Positions 1-10,099 of a stretch of DNA of 64,000 nt are shown piece by piece. Below the pieces are notes generated by a model, which did not search any database, was not told the DNA's origin, and saw only the letters and a program-made list of their open reading frames with translations. A program made the translations under genes and the position numbers. The first letter of the stretch is position 1. Every line of letters starts with the position of its first letter. This DNA comes from Toensbergia leucococca (Eukaryota), in NCBI GenBank assembly GCA_022813965.1, contig JALDZS010000111.1, positions 1-64,000 on the forward strand, in the 5' to 3' direction.

Positions 1-116
1 TCTTGTTTCCTTCGTCTTTCGTCCTGTATAGTACTCAGTACATAGATCAAGCCTTATCATAGTTCCTAAACCCCTGATACAGCTGTGCTGTTCTTGCCTA
101 AGCCCAGTTCCTGACA
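1..116. mobile_element. Probable end of an LTR (different family) inserted in the piggyBac relic, truncated by the window edge
   Basis: Less AT-rich sequence ending ...GTTCCTGACA (minus strand begins TGTCAGGAAC, a TG...CA type terminus) abruptly replaces the piggyBac transposase frame at 117. The partner end and TSD are outside the window. Confidence 0.45.
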
Positions 117-548
117 GAATGATTAATGTTGTAGAGAATTAAATTATTCAGAATAAAGTAAAGAGAGCTTATTATCACTTATAACTCTAATGACATGATG
201 TGTAATAGACTCTTATCTGATTATTACAGTCAACTTCTCTCATATGCATGTTGTAGTTCTTATATGACTAAAATTGAGAGGTATGAGGCTTTTTTTCTGA
301 CAATAAGAATATCTGATCTTTTGATGATATTTAGATAAAATTTTCTACTAAAATTTACTGAGCTATAAGCTGTTATCTGAAACATGACTGTGATATTATC
401 TTGTCATGCAGCGCAAAGAATCTCATCATTCTTCTTCTTCTTATCCTTCTTATTCTTAGAAGTAAAAGTGTTTAAAGAAAAGGTGTTCAATTTCTTAGAA
501 GAGAAGATATTTAGAGTAAAAGTATGCAGAGAGAAGATGTTTAATTTC

Positions 549-713
549 TGTTACAGTGCTTTTCTAGGGCTAGGGTAGTTAGGTGAGAATAGATGAGTCA
601 GCAATTCTAAGTGACTTAACATCATCATGATATATCTAGTAACTTCACACCTAAATAGCTAGACATTTTCACTTTTATACTTAGAACTCAGAATCTCAAA
701 AGAGACCCTTACA
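549..713 (+). mobile_element. Solo LTR, same family as 1510-3979, RIP-mutated
   Basis: TGTTACAGTGC...GAGACCCTTACA, 165 bp, homologous to both LTRs of the downstream element. It is flanked by the 5-bp direct repeat ATTTC (544-548 and 714-718). Confidence 0.92.
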
Positions 714-1509
714 ATTTCTCAGAAGAAGAGATGTTTAAAGTAATAGTATTTAGAGAGGTGTTTAATTTCTTGAGAGAGGTCTTCTTTTTAAGGGGAGCCT
801 TGACCTTAGAAGTGACTTTTTTCTTTCTTTTAAGAGGTCTTTCTCTCAGTCACTTTGTCTCAGAGAGAAGTTAAATGAGTAATCAGTAGTAAAGAGTGAT
901 AATAAGGGTGACCTTTTTCTTTAAAGAGTTAATTTTCTCAGAAACCTTAGTCTTAGAAGGTCTTTCCTTTGATCACTTCACATTGAGAGAGTTTATTTTC
1001 TCAGAAGGGTTAATTTTCTTAAGAACCTCAGTGTTAAAAGAGACCTTTTTCTTTCTCTTCAGAGGCGCTTTCTTTATCTTTTCTTCTTTCTTAAAAACCT
1101 TATCAGTAATGTAGATGATATTCTCTTAATTGATCACCTTTTTTTATGCCTGCCTCAGTTCTAAAAGTTCTAATGATAGTCTGAATTCTAATTTTGCTGT
1201 ATTACATGTGATAATTTTTTGAGACTTCAGGGCTCTAAGAAGCTTTATGAAGATAAAGAAGTTGTTAATGTAAATTATACACTCATTTTAAAGCAATGAT
1301 TTTATGATGTTTATTATCACAGTCTATGTAAGAGAGAGGCCTAGTAAGAGTTGGATAATGAGTTTAAACTGAAGGGTTTGAAATGCTAGAAATGCTAGGG
1401 TTTTTCACCTACCTGAGTAATCTTTTAATTCAATAATCTTTAACTTTTTAAATGCAATTCAGAGATCACATATATAACTCTTACTAGATGCAACATATAT
1501 CTTAAATCC

Positions 1510-1674
1510 TGTTACGGTGCTTTCCTAGGGCTAGGGTAGTTAGGCGAGGTTAGGCGAGCCAGCAACCCTAAGTGGCTTGGCATCACCACGGTATATCTAG
1601 TGACTTCACGCCTAGATAGCTACAGCATCTTCTAATTACACTCAGAATTCGGAATCTCATACGAGACCCTTACA
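1510..1674 (+). repeat. 5' LTR
   Basis: Direct repeat of 3816-3979, with TG...CA ends. Confidence 0.92.
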
Positions 1675-1676
1675 AA

Positions 1677-1683
1677 TGGTAGC
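1677..1683 (+). promoter_or_regulatory. Putative primer-binding site (TGGTAGC, initiator tRNA-Met-like)
   Basis: Lies immediately 3' of the 5' LTR and is complementary to the ...GCUACCA 3' end of fungal initiator tRNAs. Only 7 nt match. Confidence 0.5.
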
Positions 1684-1868
1684 AACAGTAGTATCCTAGT
1701 TACTTATCAAGTTCCTCACCATTGACTGAGGACCTATCATTCAACTCATCATTGACTGAGTAGGAGTCACGGATAATTCTACCCACCTAAGAACTACGTC
1801 CTCACCCCCGAATTCCTCTATAGGTTGATCGTCCTCTCAACCTATCAGTAACCTCTATCTATCACAAC

Positions 1869-1933
1869 CTCTACCTAAATTCAATCCTCTACCTAAATTG
1901 AATCCACTACCTAAATTCAATTCTCTACCTAAA
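1869..1933 (+). repeat. 18-bp tandem repeat (~3.5 copies of CTCTACCTAAATTCAATC) in the element leader
   Basis: Directly visible imperfect tandem copies. Confidence 0.8.
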
Positions 1934-1947
1934 CCCGTGGAAATAGC

Positions 1948-2634
1948 ATGGTCAACCTACCTTCACAGTCCTTCTTCGGCACCGCTGCCCAAATATCACG
2001 GAATCAACCATCTAGCTTCACCGCTATGCAGCAAGCTCAAGGAAGACCCGCGGGAAATTCAGCGGAACGAGAACCTCAGGACCGTGAGCCCCGAGAGCCC
2101 AAGGAATGGACCTCCGAAGAGGTAGGATTTTTTGAACCTGATCGTGCAGATACTGACGGAATGTCCACCTCCGGAAGACATATCTTCTACAAGGATGTCT
2201 ATATCTACATTGATCGCCTTCAAGACCTTGAAAAGGTGCGGGGAGAAGAAAAACTGAGGATGATAATATCACAGACCTTCCGAGGATCAGCAAATAGGTG
2301 GTACACCTCAGAACTCACTGAAATGAAAAAGATGCTATTGCGAAGTTGCCCTCTACAAGCCTGGTATACCCAAATAATCAAAAGGTTTAACACACGCAAA
2401 CAACTATTCTTTGAGGAACGCTTGCAGGAGTATTACAAGCAGCAAAAGGAGCAAGAAAAACGCACGGCCATATCTCTCACTTCTCCTCCTACTTCTTCTT
2501 CACCTATTGCTTCTAGATCCCCTTCATTACGAACTTCAACAGCAACACGCACGCCACAGCCTTCAACATTCTCATGCCGACGATGCCCTGAGCAACTACT
2601 TACCTCTGAGCGTTATTCCATGAAAAATGCATGA
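1948..2634 (+). CDS. Gag-like protein of the LTR element
   Basis: 228-aa ORF after the PBS. It has a helical core DVYIYIDRLQDL...FRGSANRWYTSEL...W..QIIKRF resembling fungal Ty3/gypsy capsid and ends in a CxxC remnant. Confidence 0.6.
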   Translation: MVNLPSQSFFGTAAQISRNQPSSFTAMQQAQGRPAGNSAEREPQDREPREPKEWTSEEVGFFEPDRADTDGMSTSGRHIFYKDVYIYIDRLQDLEKVRGEEKLRMIISQTFRGSANRWYTSELTEMKKMLLRSCPLQAWYTQIIKRFNTRKQLFFEERLQEYYKQQKEQEKRTAISLTSPPTSSSPIASRSPSLRTSTATRTPQPSTFSCRRCPEQLLTSERYSMKNA

Positions 2635-2697
2635 TCGGGTAGGACCTCAAGGGTCAATTACCCACGTCAATATAATGATGATAGTGATGAATCTACC

Positions 2698-3366
2698 GTG
2701 AATGATGTGAAGGGGCTATGCAAGACATGTGGGCTGGAATTTCCATCGAAAAACCTCATGCACAAGCACATCAGGGAGGCGCACGTGAAGACTAAGGTGA
2801 CCAAGCCGGTAACTCAATTCAAGCCAGCTACATCAACTCCTTCACCAACATCTACCCCGACACCTTCTGTCATCTCAGTCTCTCCCATTATGACAGTTGC
2901 CTCCATCACGCCAACACCGATAGCTTCTTTCCTCTCACCAGCTTTCTCTGTCATTTCAGACAATGAGGACACCTATTCCGAGTCCAGCGAGTCCAGCGAG
3001 TCCAGCGAGTCCAGCGAGATCAGTGAGATCAGTGAGACCAGCGAGACTAGCGAGATCCCCTCCATTTCCGACTTCATTTCAGACTCAATTTCCGACTCCA
3101 TTTGCGATTCCGACTCCGACACCATTGCGACCAGTGTGTATGACGATGAAGACACACCAGAAACACCCAAGGTAGCCCTGGCTACACCTATAACTTCTAC
3201 TACTCCTATCACATACACCTTACCGATCATGGAACTCATAATCCGAGACCTATTTCATAATCCATGGGCCCCAATGCGTGGAGACAAATGGCCGAATCCA
3301 CATACTAAATGGGATCCATCTCCGACCTCAAAAACACGACTTCTAGACACGGATCCATGCACCTGA
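2698..3366 (+). CDS. C2H2 zinc-finger, Ser/Thr/acidic-rich ORF within the LTR element
   Basis: CKTCGLEFPSKNLMHKHIREAH is a canonical C-x2-C-x12-H-x4-H finger. A 9-bp GAGTCCAGC repeat encodes SES tracts. The ORF starts at GTG, so the true start is unclear. Confidence 0.55.
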   Translation: MNDVKGLCKTCGLEFPSKNLMHKHIREAHVKTKVTKPVTQFKPATSTPSPTSTPTPSVISVSPIMTVASITPTPIASFLSPAFSVISDNEDTYSESSESSESSESSEISEISETSETSEIPSISDFISDSISDSICDSDSDTIATSVYDDEDTPETPKVALATPITSTTPITYTLPIMELIIRDLFHNPWAPMRGDKWPNPHTKWDPSPTSKTRLLDTDPCT

Positions 3367-3815
3367 ATCAGTTCAAAATCGCAGGGAGATAAGGTGACAT
3401 TTTGGCTTGCAAAGATACAGGAATCCCTAGCGACTTGCAGGCGCGCAAAAACACCTAAATCAAGTTCACCAACTCCAGCTACCCTGCGTAGGGAAATTGC
3501 GACGCACCTACCTACTAAATCTCACAAATCCCTAGCCATTTGCAAGCGTGCAAATCGATCCAGATTAATACCTCAAAAACCGACCACTTCCTACAGAGAG
3601 TCAGTCGCTGTTTTGCCTATGAAATCAGCCAAATCTCTAGCACCTACTCCGAGTTCCAAATCCTTGAACCCTCACCTCCGACCACCTCAGAATCATCAGC
3701 GCGATCTGAATGGACCATGGAGGAATAAGAACATGAAACCATACAAGTGCCTTTCTAAAGGAAAGACCATGGGAAATTCATGAGGGCATGAAGTGATCTT
3801 TTTGTGGTGGGCAAT

Positions 3816-3979
3816 TGTTACAGTGCTTTCCTAGGGCTAGGGTAGTTAGGTGAGGTTAGGCGAGTCAAGAACCCTAAGTGGCTTGGCATAGCCACGGTAT
3901 ATCTAGTAGCTTCGCACCTAGATAGCAATCCATCCAGCATTTACACCCAGAATTCGGAATCTCAAAAGAGACCCTTACA
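3816..3979 (+). repeat. 3' LTR
   Basis: Direct repeat of 1510-1674, followed by the TSD AATCC. Confidence 0.92.
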
Positions 3980-6412
3980 AATCCTTGACATGCTCACTTA
4001 ATAAAAATCATTATGATATGTTTAGAACAGAACTTATAAAGAAGCAATTGTTTATTAAAGAAAATGTCTTATTCTAATATGACATTCTGAATACAGACCT
4101 TCTAAAAATGAGATCGGATAGGTTTAAGTTTATTTTCAAATCTAGAGACTGCTTTCCCTTCTATATCTGAATTAGAAATCTTAAAAAATCTTTGAATTTG
4201 CTGTTATCAATACAAAGACATGAGCTTGAAGACCTCATAACACATAGAGCTATTCTGTGCCTTTATTCAGTAATTCTCTATTTGAGAAAGTCTGACAAGC
4301 CTCATCTGTAAATAGATATCAATAAAGACCTTAATTTCTAAGACCTTGATCTGTTTTTATTGCTAACAGTGATTTTTTCTAGCTAGGCTCATTGAATTCT
4401 AATAGTAATTAGAAGCCTGCCTGTTGATATACCTCACAAGCAATGAATAGATTCACTTAGAAAGAAAGATCAGAAAATAGTTCATTAGCTGTAGAAGGTC
4501 TCAATTCTCTTAATTCTTCTGATTCTGAATAATAATCTAAATAACTTACAGAGCAAATTGTAGACAAGAATATCTGACATCTGAGAGTGATATGTTAGCC
4601 TTTATCTCCTTCACAGATTACTTTCTCTTCTTGATTTAAAGCTCCTTAGGTAGGTTATTAAATACTTTATTATATTCAGTCTTATTGACTCACATTTTGA
4701 TGTTATGAGGGTTATGATAGGTTATTGTGACTGAGGGGAAAAGATTTGTTTACATGTTAGCAAAAAGAAATAAGGTATGATTCTAATAATTTGATTGATT
4801 GCTCTACTCAGACACTAATCACTATGATAACACCAAGACATGACTGCTCATATAACAGTAAAGGAGATATAAGAGTATCTAGTCTAGTCATATTAGTTAA
4901 ATCATTTTAAATCATGACACTGCATTAAAAGCAGTCTGACGTAAGAATTATTTTTATTATTATTGAGCACATATTATCACACTAATAGCATCATCTTATA
5001 AAGTACACTCATCAATACTCTTAAATTTAACAAATTCTCTTCAAAGCCCTTTAAAAATTACTTCACTCTATTCTTACTTAATCACATTTTCAGGTTCTTA
5101 TAGCTTAGAAACCTTTACAGTAACAATATACCTGCCTCATCCTTAAAGAATCTCTATTAACAATCTTGTTAATCTTAACTCATGCAATGAAAGCAGCAGT
5201 GTCAAGAATAACAAAGCTTCAATGATATCTGAAAGAGCAATGTTCTTTTTCTGTAAGGTTGATACAGTATTGTGAGGTTAACTATTACGAACAAGAAAGT
5301 GTTCAGATTTAACATTAACTCTGCATTACATTCTCAGCCCCCTGAATTCACAATAGCGTTGTTGCATCAATTTAACTCTATCAGCGCCCATGATTTAAAT
5401 ACTATATCCTCAAAAAAGAAAAAAAACAAAATCTGTCAGATATCAATCTGAGCATTCAAGCTCACAATCAACACCTCAGCAGGGGTGTTACTGTTGACAG
5501 ATACATGATCTATCAGGTATGACTTCTATCATCAAAGTATTCAGAAACAATACTTACACATCACCCTTCCTAAAGACCAAAAATCAAAAACCTCCCGATG
5601 CAGCTAACTAACTGATTTTCCAAAATCTTACGCTGGCACAAAAAATTTCCATATCTCCACAAGTCTCCAGATCCAACGTCTTTGGGCTCTACAACATTAT
5701 CAGGCGCCACTACAGGAGGAGCCTGTAGATGTCCAGAATTATAGGGTTTCATTTACTCGATGAAATATTGGTCTCGACCGAAAAATCTTGTCTGTCTGTA
5801 AACAGCGTTGAGAAAGCTGACCGGATAGGGATTCCGCAATTTCAGAGGCTGCCTTTTCGGAAGGGCGTGTTTTGAAAGAGAATCGAATTTTGGAACCTGG
5901 AAAATTAGATCATACTCTCGGATATGGATAGGGCTCTTATACTTATTTGTTGATATTGTTTATCCAAGGAGTAACCAAGGTAGGGCATTAACCATAACCC
6001 TCTTCCCTCAAGCCAACTTGAGTTTATGTATAGTAAGACAGGTACTAAGGACCCGAGTTGCCCATCAATAAGTTTGGAGAGAGATCATGAGAATCGCAAT
6101 CTCGCTGAAGCAGTTGCAACAAAAAAGTACAAAGGTAGTCGAGGCGACGAGGCAAAGATTATAATTAATCCTGTCAGTGGCGTAGCAGGGCACCAAACAT
6201 TATATAAATGATGCTGATTGAAATTTTGATTTACGACAGGCGATTGATCGACAGCTGCAGGCTACGGGAGATGAACGCCTACCAAATCAGATCAAAGGTC
6301 AAATATTCCGTGCGTAAGCCTAGCAATTTGAATTTCGCTCTTGCTGATTAGCAAGGTAGATGTAACGTAGAGGCAAACATTATTAGAGGCCGTTGAAACT
6401 CATTTCTTGTTA

Positions 6413-9400
6413 TTATAGCAGGCTAGTATGCTTCTTGGATAGCTTGGAATATGTACTGGCAAGGGGACTTGACTCGAAATCAAACTCTATCGTCTTCGAC
6501 CTCTTTCCTTTCCCTGTTGGAGATCGGTCGCCGCTCTGTATATAGACATGATCATTGTCCATGTTGATGAACCAATTCGTGTTAAGCTCTTCGCGTTCCG
6601 GTCCGCCTCCACAACTTCCTGCTAGGCTTTGACTCGGCGGTGAATTAAGCGACAGCGAGAAGAGATTCTGAGGTTCAACAAAGTCGGTGACTAGCCCTCC
6701 TCTAACTATGAAATAGACAAGGCAGAAGACGTTCGTTGCGAACACGAGGAGCAATACAATGTAGAAAATCCCCTGCCAATGCTGCGTTCCTCCCGAGGAA
6801 TAGTCTTGCGTTTTCAATGTCGCATTGAACCCTTGGTATTGGGGCTCAGCCAGAGTCGATACAGTGGCTGAGTAATTCCAGTAGTGAATGAATGGCGAGT
6901 CTTGCGAACTGATAAGGAGAGTGCAGCCGGCCAGAACCGCCAGTGCCTCTGCAATTGACGGTAACGAGGGATCAAGCGAATTGGAGCTTGGTATCATTTG
7001 GGTAAGCAGGCGGACATTACTGGCATCGCCATCAGTGATTCCGGCATCCATGCTTAGAGCCAAGGCCCATTCCGACGCCACGTTGACCCAGTCCTGGTTA
7101 TAGATGCCAGAATTTGCTTTCGGCTCAGATTTGCTATAAGCCAGTTCATTATGAGCATCATCGCAATGGGATTCCATTGATGCACCGCTCGCGCTAGAAT
7201 AGAGTTTAGTCGAGCAATTTGGGGATTGAGACGCTCTCAAAGAGCATAGCATATATGTCGAATCAGCAGAAGTAGCCAGTAAGTAAATCGTGTCAGCATG
7301 CCACCCCGTTGTGTTTAAAACACTATTGTATGCTATAGGAAATTTCGGAAACACAGGGGGACGGCGATTGTACTTCTCCCCCCACAAAAACAGGTCGTCC
7401 ATGGGAGTAGAATTGAGGAAACTTGGGAATGTTGGCACATCATAACCATTGGGCCATAGGGTGGCATTGAAAGCGGCACCGTTGGAGCCAGGCCATGATG
7501 TGTAGACCAAAGGAGCCATTTCCTCTTCTGTTACACTGGCGCATAAGACATTCACCACGGGTGAGGTAACAGATGCTTCAATGTAATATTCGCCCAAGCC
7601 CTAACCGCAAATTAGTGATGCTCGAAACACACAAGAAAGCATCGAGATGGAAGAAGGACGGAAGTTCTCAGAGGGCATTTGATAATAGAAATGAAACTAG
7701 TTCCTAGGAGCGCGGTAATGATGAGCTACTTACTGAAAGATCTTGTGCCTGCATGATATTATTTGTAGGATCTCTTCCTGCAGCAAAGACGCCTGCATGT
7801 GGCATAGCCATTGAGACGTTGTTTACGACTCTGCCATAGTTTTGGGACAACTCTGTCATATTCTGCACGTTGATCCAGCTTCCCTGGACTGTTGTATTAT
7901 CGTACAGCATCGCCAGTGCCTTAGGGCGGGATGCCAAGTCAGCGGTGCCATTACCCTGGGCAATGGCAATAGTCCAAGTCGAAAGCCATTGCAGATAATT
8001 GTGATATGCTTGACCTGCGTGTTCTATCTCTACGCAAGTAGCCCCGTAATTAATGGGATCTGTCGCTGCCTGAATGGGTGTTTGGCAATGATTCTCGATA
8101 TAGGTAGGGTTCGCGAAGGAGGTGGATCTATCGAAAGCGCATCAGCTGATGAATCTTAAATTGGACTATTAGACCATCCTCAACCAAATAATTCCACCAT
8201 TATACATTACAGTTCAGGATAGACGAGAGAGAGAATCTGCAGATTCCAGGAGGTTATGACGTTCGCTCGACCTGGGGGAAAGCTTACACTTGGCCGTAAA
8301 GCAAACGGCTCTCCGTCTTTCCGAATTTCAATTTTGGTGCCACTGAAAAATGTCAACTCTGAATTCTCGAAGCGTTTTTAGGTTCTGCGATTGATAGTCT
8401 CTTACCCAACGCATCACTCCCAGTAGTATACAACATTCCACATAATGTCGCTGTCAAGGCTATCATGCCAAGAAACGTTGCTCCTGCGTAGCGAAGCGAT
8501 TCAAAATGAGTTATCATTGTACCTGGCTGCATGACCCACGTCCTCATAGCCATCTCGGCAATAGTAAGGCCTTTTGACTTCTTCCGAAAAGCCCTCCTGC
8601 TCAGGACTTGACCTAGAAAAGCAACAAAGACGGTGACAAAAGAAAGCTCGATAGTCTTGGCAAATGCGGCGCATAATAGGGATGCAGTAGCTGGCGCGAA
8701 TTTCCCTGTGGAACTTATATGTCGGCCGTATCGGGGCCGTATGAGGGCGATCAGAAGCCATATACCGGAGAAAACGGACGAGTAAATTGCAAGTATCATC
8801 AAGGTAATCGACAGCCAATTGCCCCGGCCCTGGTGTATGTTTCGTCTCGATCGGCATTGGTAGTCCAAATGAGAACCCACTAAGATATTTTGTTAGTAAA
8901 GTAAGCCGTCTAGCGATCGTCAATGGGAGTCATACCTGAAGGGTCAAAGGATCTTATAGTTGACGTTTCAGCTCTAGTGTTGAGGCGTTCAGTGTCTGGA
9001 CTTGCTGCGAAAGGTTCATGAATGGACAATGGTCGATGGCCCACTGGATCTTCTTCGAAATCTTCAACAATTGTGGAAGACTTTACATCAAAGGCGGCGG
9101 GTGACAAGGTGAGCAGAGGATTTGCAGATCCAGGTAAACTTGGACTACCTTCACTCTCCATGAGGGGCTGTGATACGGAGCTCTGCCTACGATGAGTCAG
9201 GTTCTTGATTGCCAGGCCTTGAGCAATGGTGTTTCCCCGGTGAAATGCATCTGGTGGCGGTGATGATGCGAGGCCTCGGTAGCTGGTGTCTTGTTCGGCG
9301 AGAGAAGGCGTGTGTTGATAAGTGGCAGAAGAGGTCGGGGAAGGGACAAAGGTGGTTGAGGAATCCATTGAGAAGTCGGAGACGGCAGATGACTCTTTAC

Positions 9401-9437
9401 GTAGGAGGCGAGGATTGTCTCTTGATTCAGGTTCCAT
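6413..9437 (-). CDS. Multi-exon membrane protein (disordered N-terminus, TM helices, large lumenal domain, C-terminal TM), function unknown
   Basis: ORFs 8910-9437, 8353-8880, 7704-7937 and 6413-7597 are collinear and separated by GT..CTAAC/CTRAT..AG introns. Hydrophobic segments include WLSITLMILAIYSSVFSGIWLLIAL and IFYIVLLLVFATNVFCLVYFI. Confidence 0.85.
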
Positions 9438-10099
9438 TATTGAGGTTTAATTACTTGTCTAGGCTTGGATGGTGGTGTAAGATGAGTGTCTTGTAACTGG
9501 CGAGTCAATTGAAAAAAGCAAAGTGAGCATACCTACGGAGTATTAGTACTCGTATTCATATAAGGTAGGTACATGTCGTTATCGTAGTATGATAGTGGTG
9601 GAAATGTCGAGGAAATGTGTGGTTCGAGAGGTGGATAGATGCCTGACCTCTGAGGTGGGGGTTGCAAGGGTTGTCCTTTGCATTTTTCCTCTTTCCTCTT
9701 CAGCCTCACCGGAGACCCAAGTCTTAGGTCTTACTTGCACTCCTTGCACTGTTTTCTTATTGATCCTTGGTGGCTTGATCATAAGGCTGTGTGACCTCAG
9801 ACATGAAACATATTCTAAGGATAGTCGAAGGAATTGACAGAACTTCCGACACGGGTGGCTGAAGGATCCACTTGGAAGCCTTTTACTTATCTCGCCTCCC
9901 TAGAGTCCCTACCAGTTCGGAAGCCTGGTGCAGGAGGCCGTTCAAGAATGCAGCAGCACACAGGAGACGGGTCACCTTGTCGAATTGTCACAATTGCAGA
10001 AACGGTCAAGAGTTTGTTGTCGGGTTTCCTTCGGGAATAAATGTAACTTTGCATCGGAGCAGGGATTAACCGGGTCTAAGAGGCTGGAGTTCCGTAGGT

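Larger units (their letters stand above)
1510..3979 (+). mobile_element. Non-autonomous (pol-less) LTR retrotransposon, 2470 bp
   Basis: LTRs at 1510-1674 and 3816-3979 with TG...CA ends; 5-bp TSD AATCC (1505-1509, 3980-3984); TGGTAGC PBS-like site 2 nt after the 5' LTR. No RT, RNase H or integrase motifs are visible inside. Confidence 0.92.
117..4430 (-). pseudogene. RIP-inactivated piggyBac transposase (DDE_Tnp_1_7-type), interrupted by two LTR insertions
   Basis: Minus-strand translation gives piggyBac motifs once C>T/G>A changes are reverted: EIKVFIDIYLQMRLVRLSQIENY* (~4275-4340); DIFFNKQLLLYKFCSKH..K*ACQGFKIY (FNK=FDE; QGFKIY is rejoined by removing the LTR element); IYINNFF..LLRALK..CNTAK (=IDNFF..CGTAK, ~1193-1279); ILCAA*QDN (=AAWQDN, ~395-422); NYNMHMREVDCNNQIRVYY..SYK*** (=DYNMHMGGVDRxDQ..KWW, ~170-260). 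Confidence 0.85.
117..5460. mobile_element. AT-rich, RIP-mutated transposon nest (piggyBac host)
   Basis: Strong TpA excess, CpG/CpA depletion and stop-rich frames, with a transition to normal composition near 5.5 kb. The terminal repeat and TTAA site were not identified. Confidence 0.75.

Noticed and set aside
384..1114. Plus-strand Phe/Lys/Leu-rich ORFs 384-578 and 896-1114
   Set aside because: Antisense artefacts of the RIP-mutated piggyBac relic.
5460..6045. Possible piggyBac, hAT or Starship terminus (CAGGGGTG, AGGGCATTAA, TATAGTAAG)
   Set aside because: No matching partner end or TSD in the window, so it cannot be assigned.
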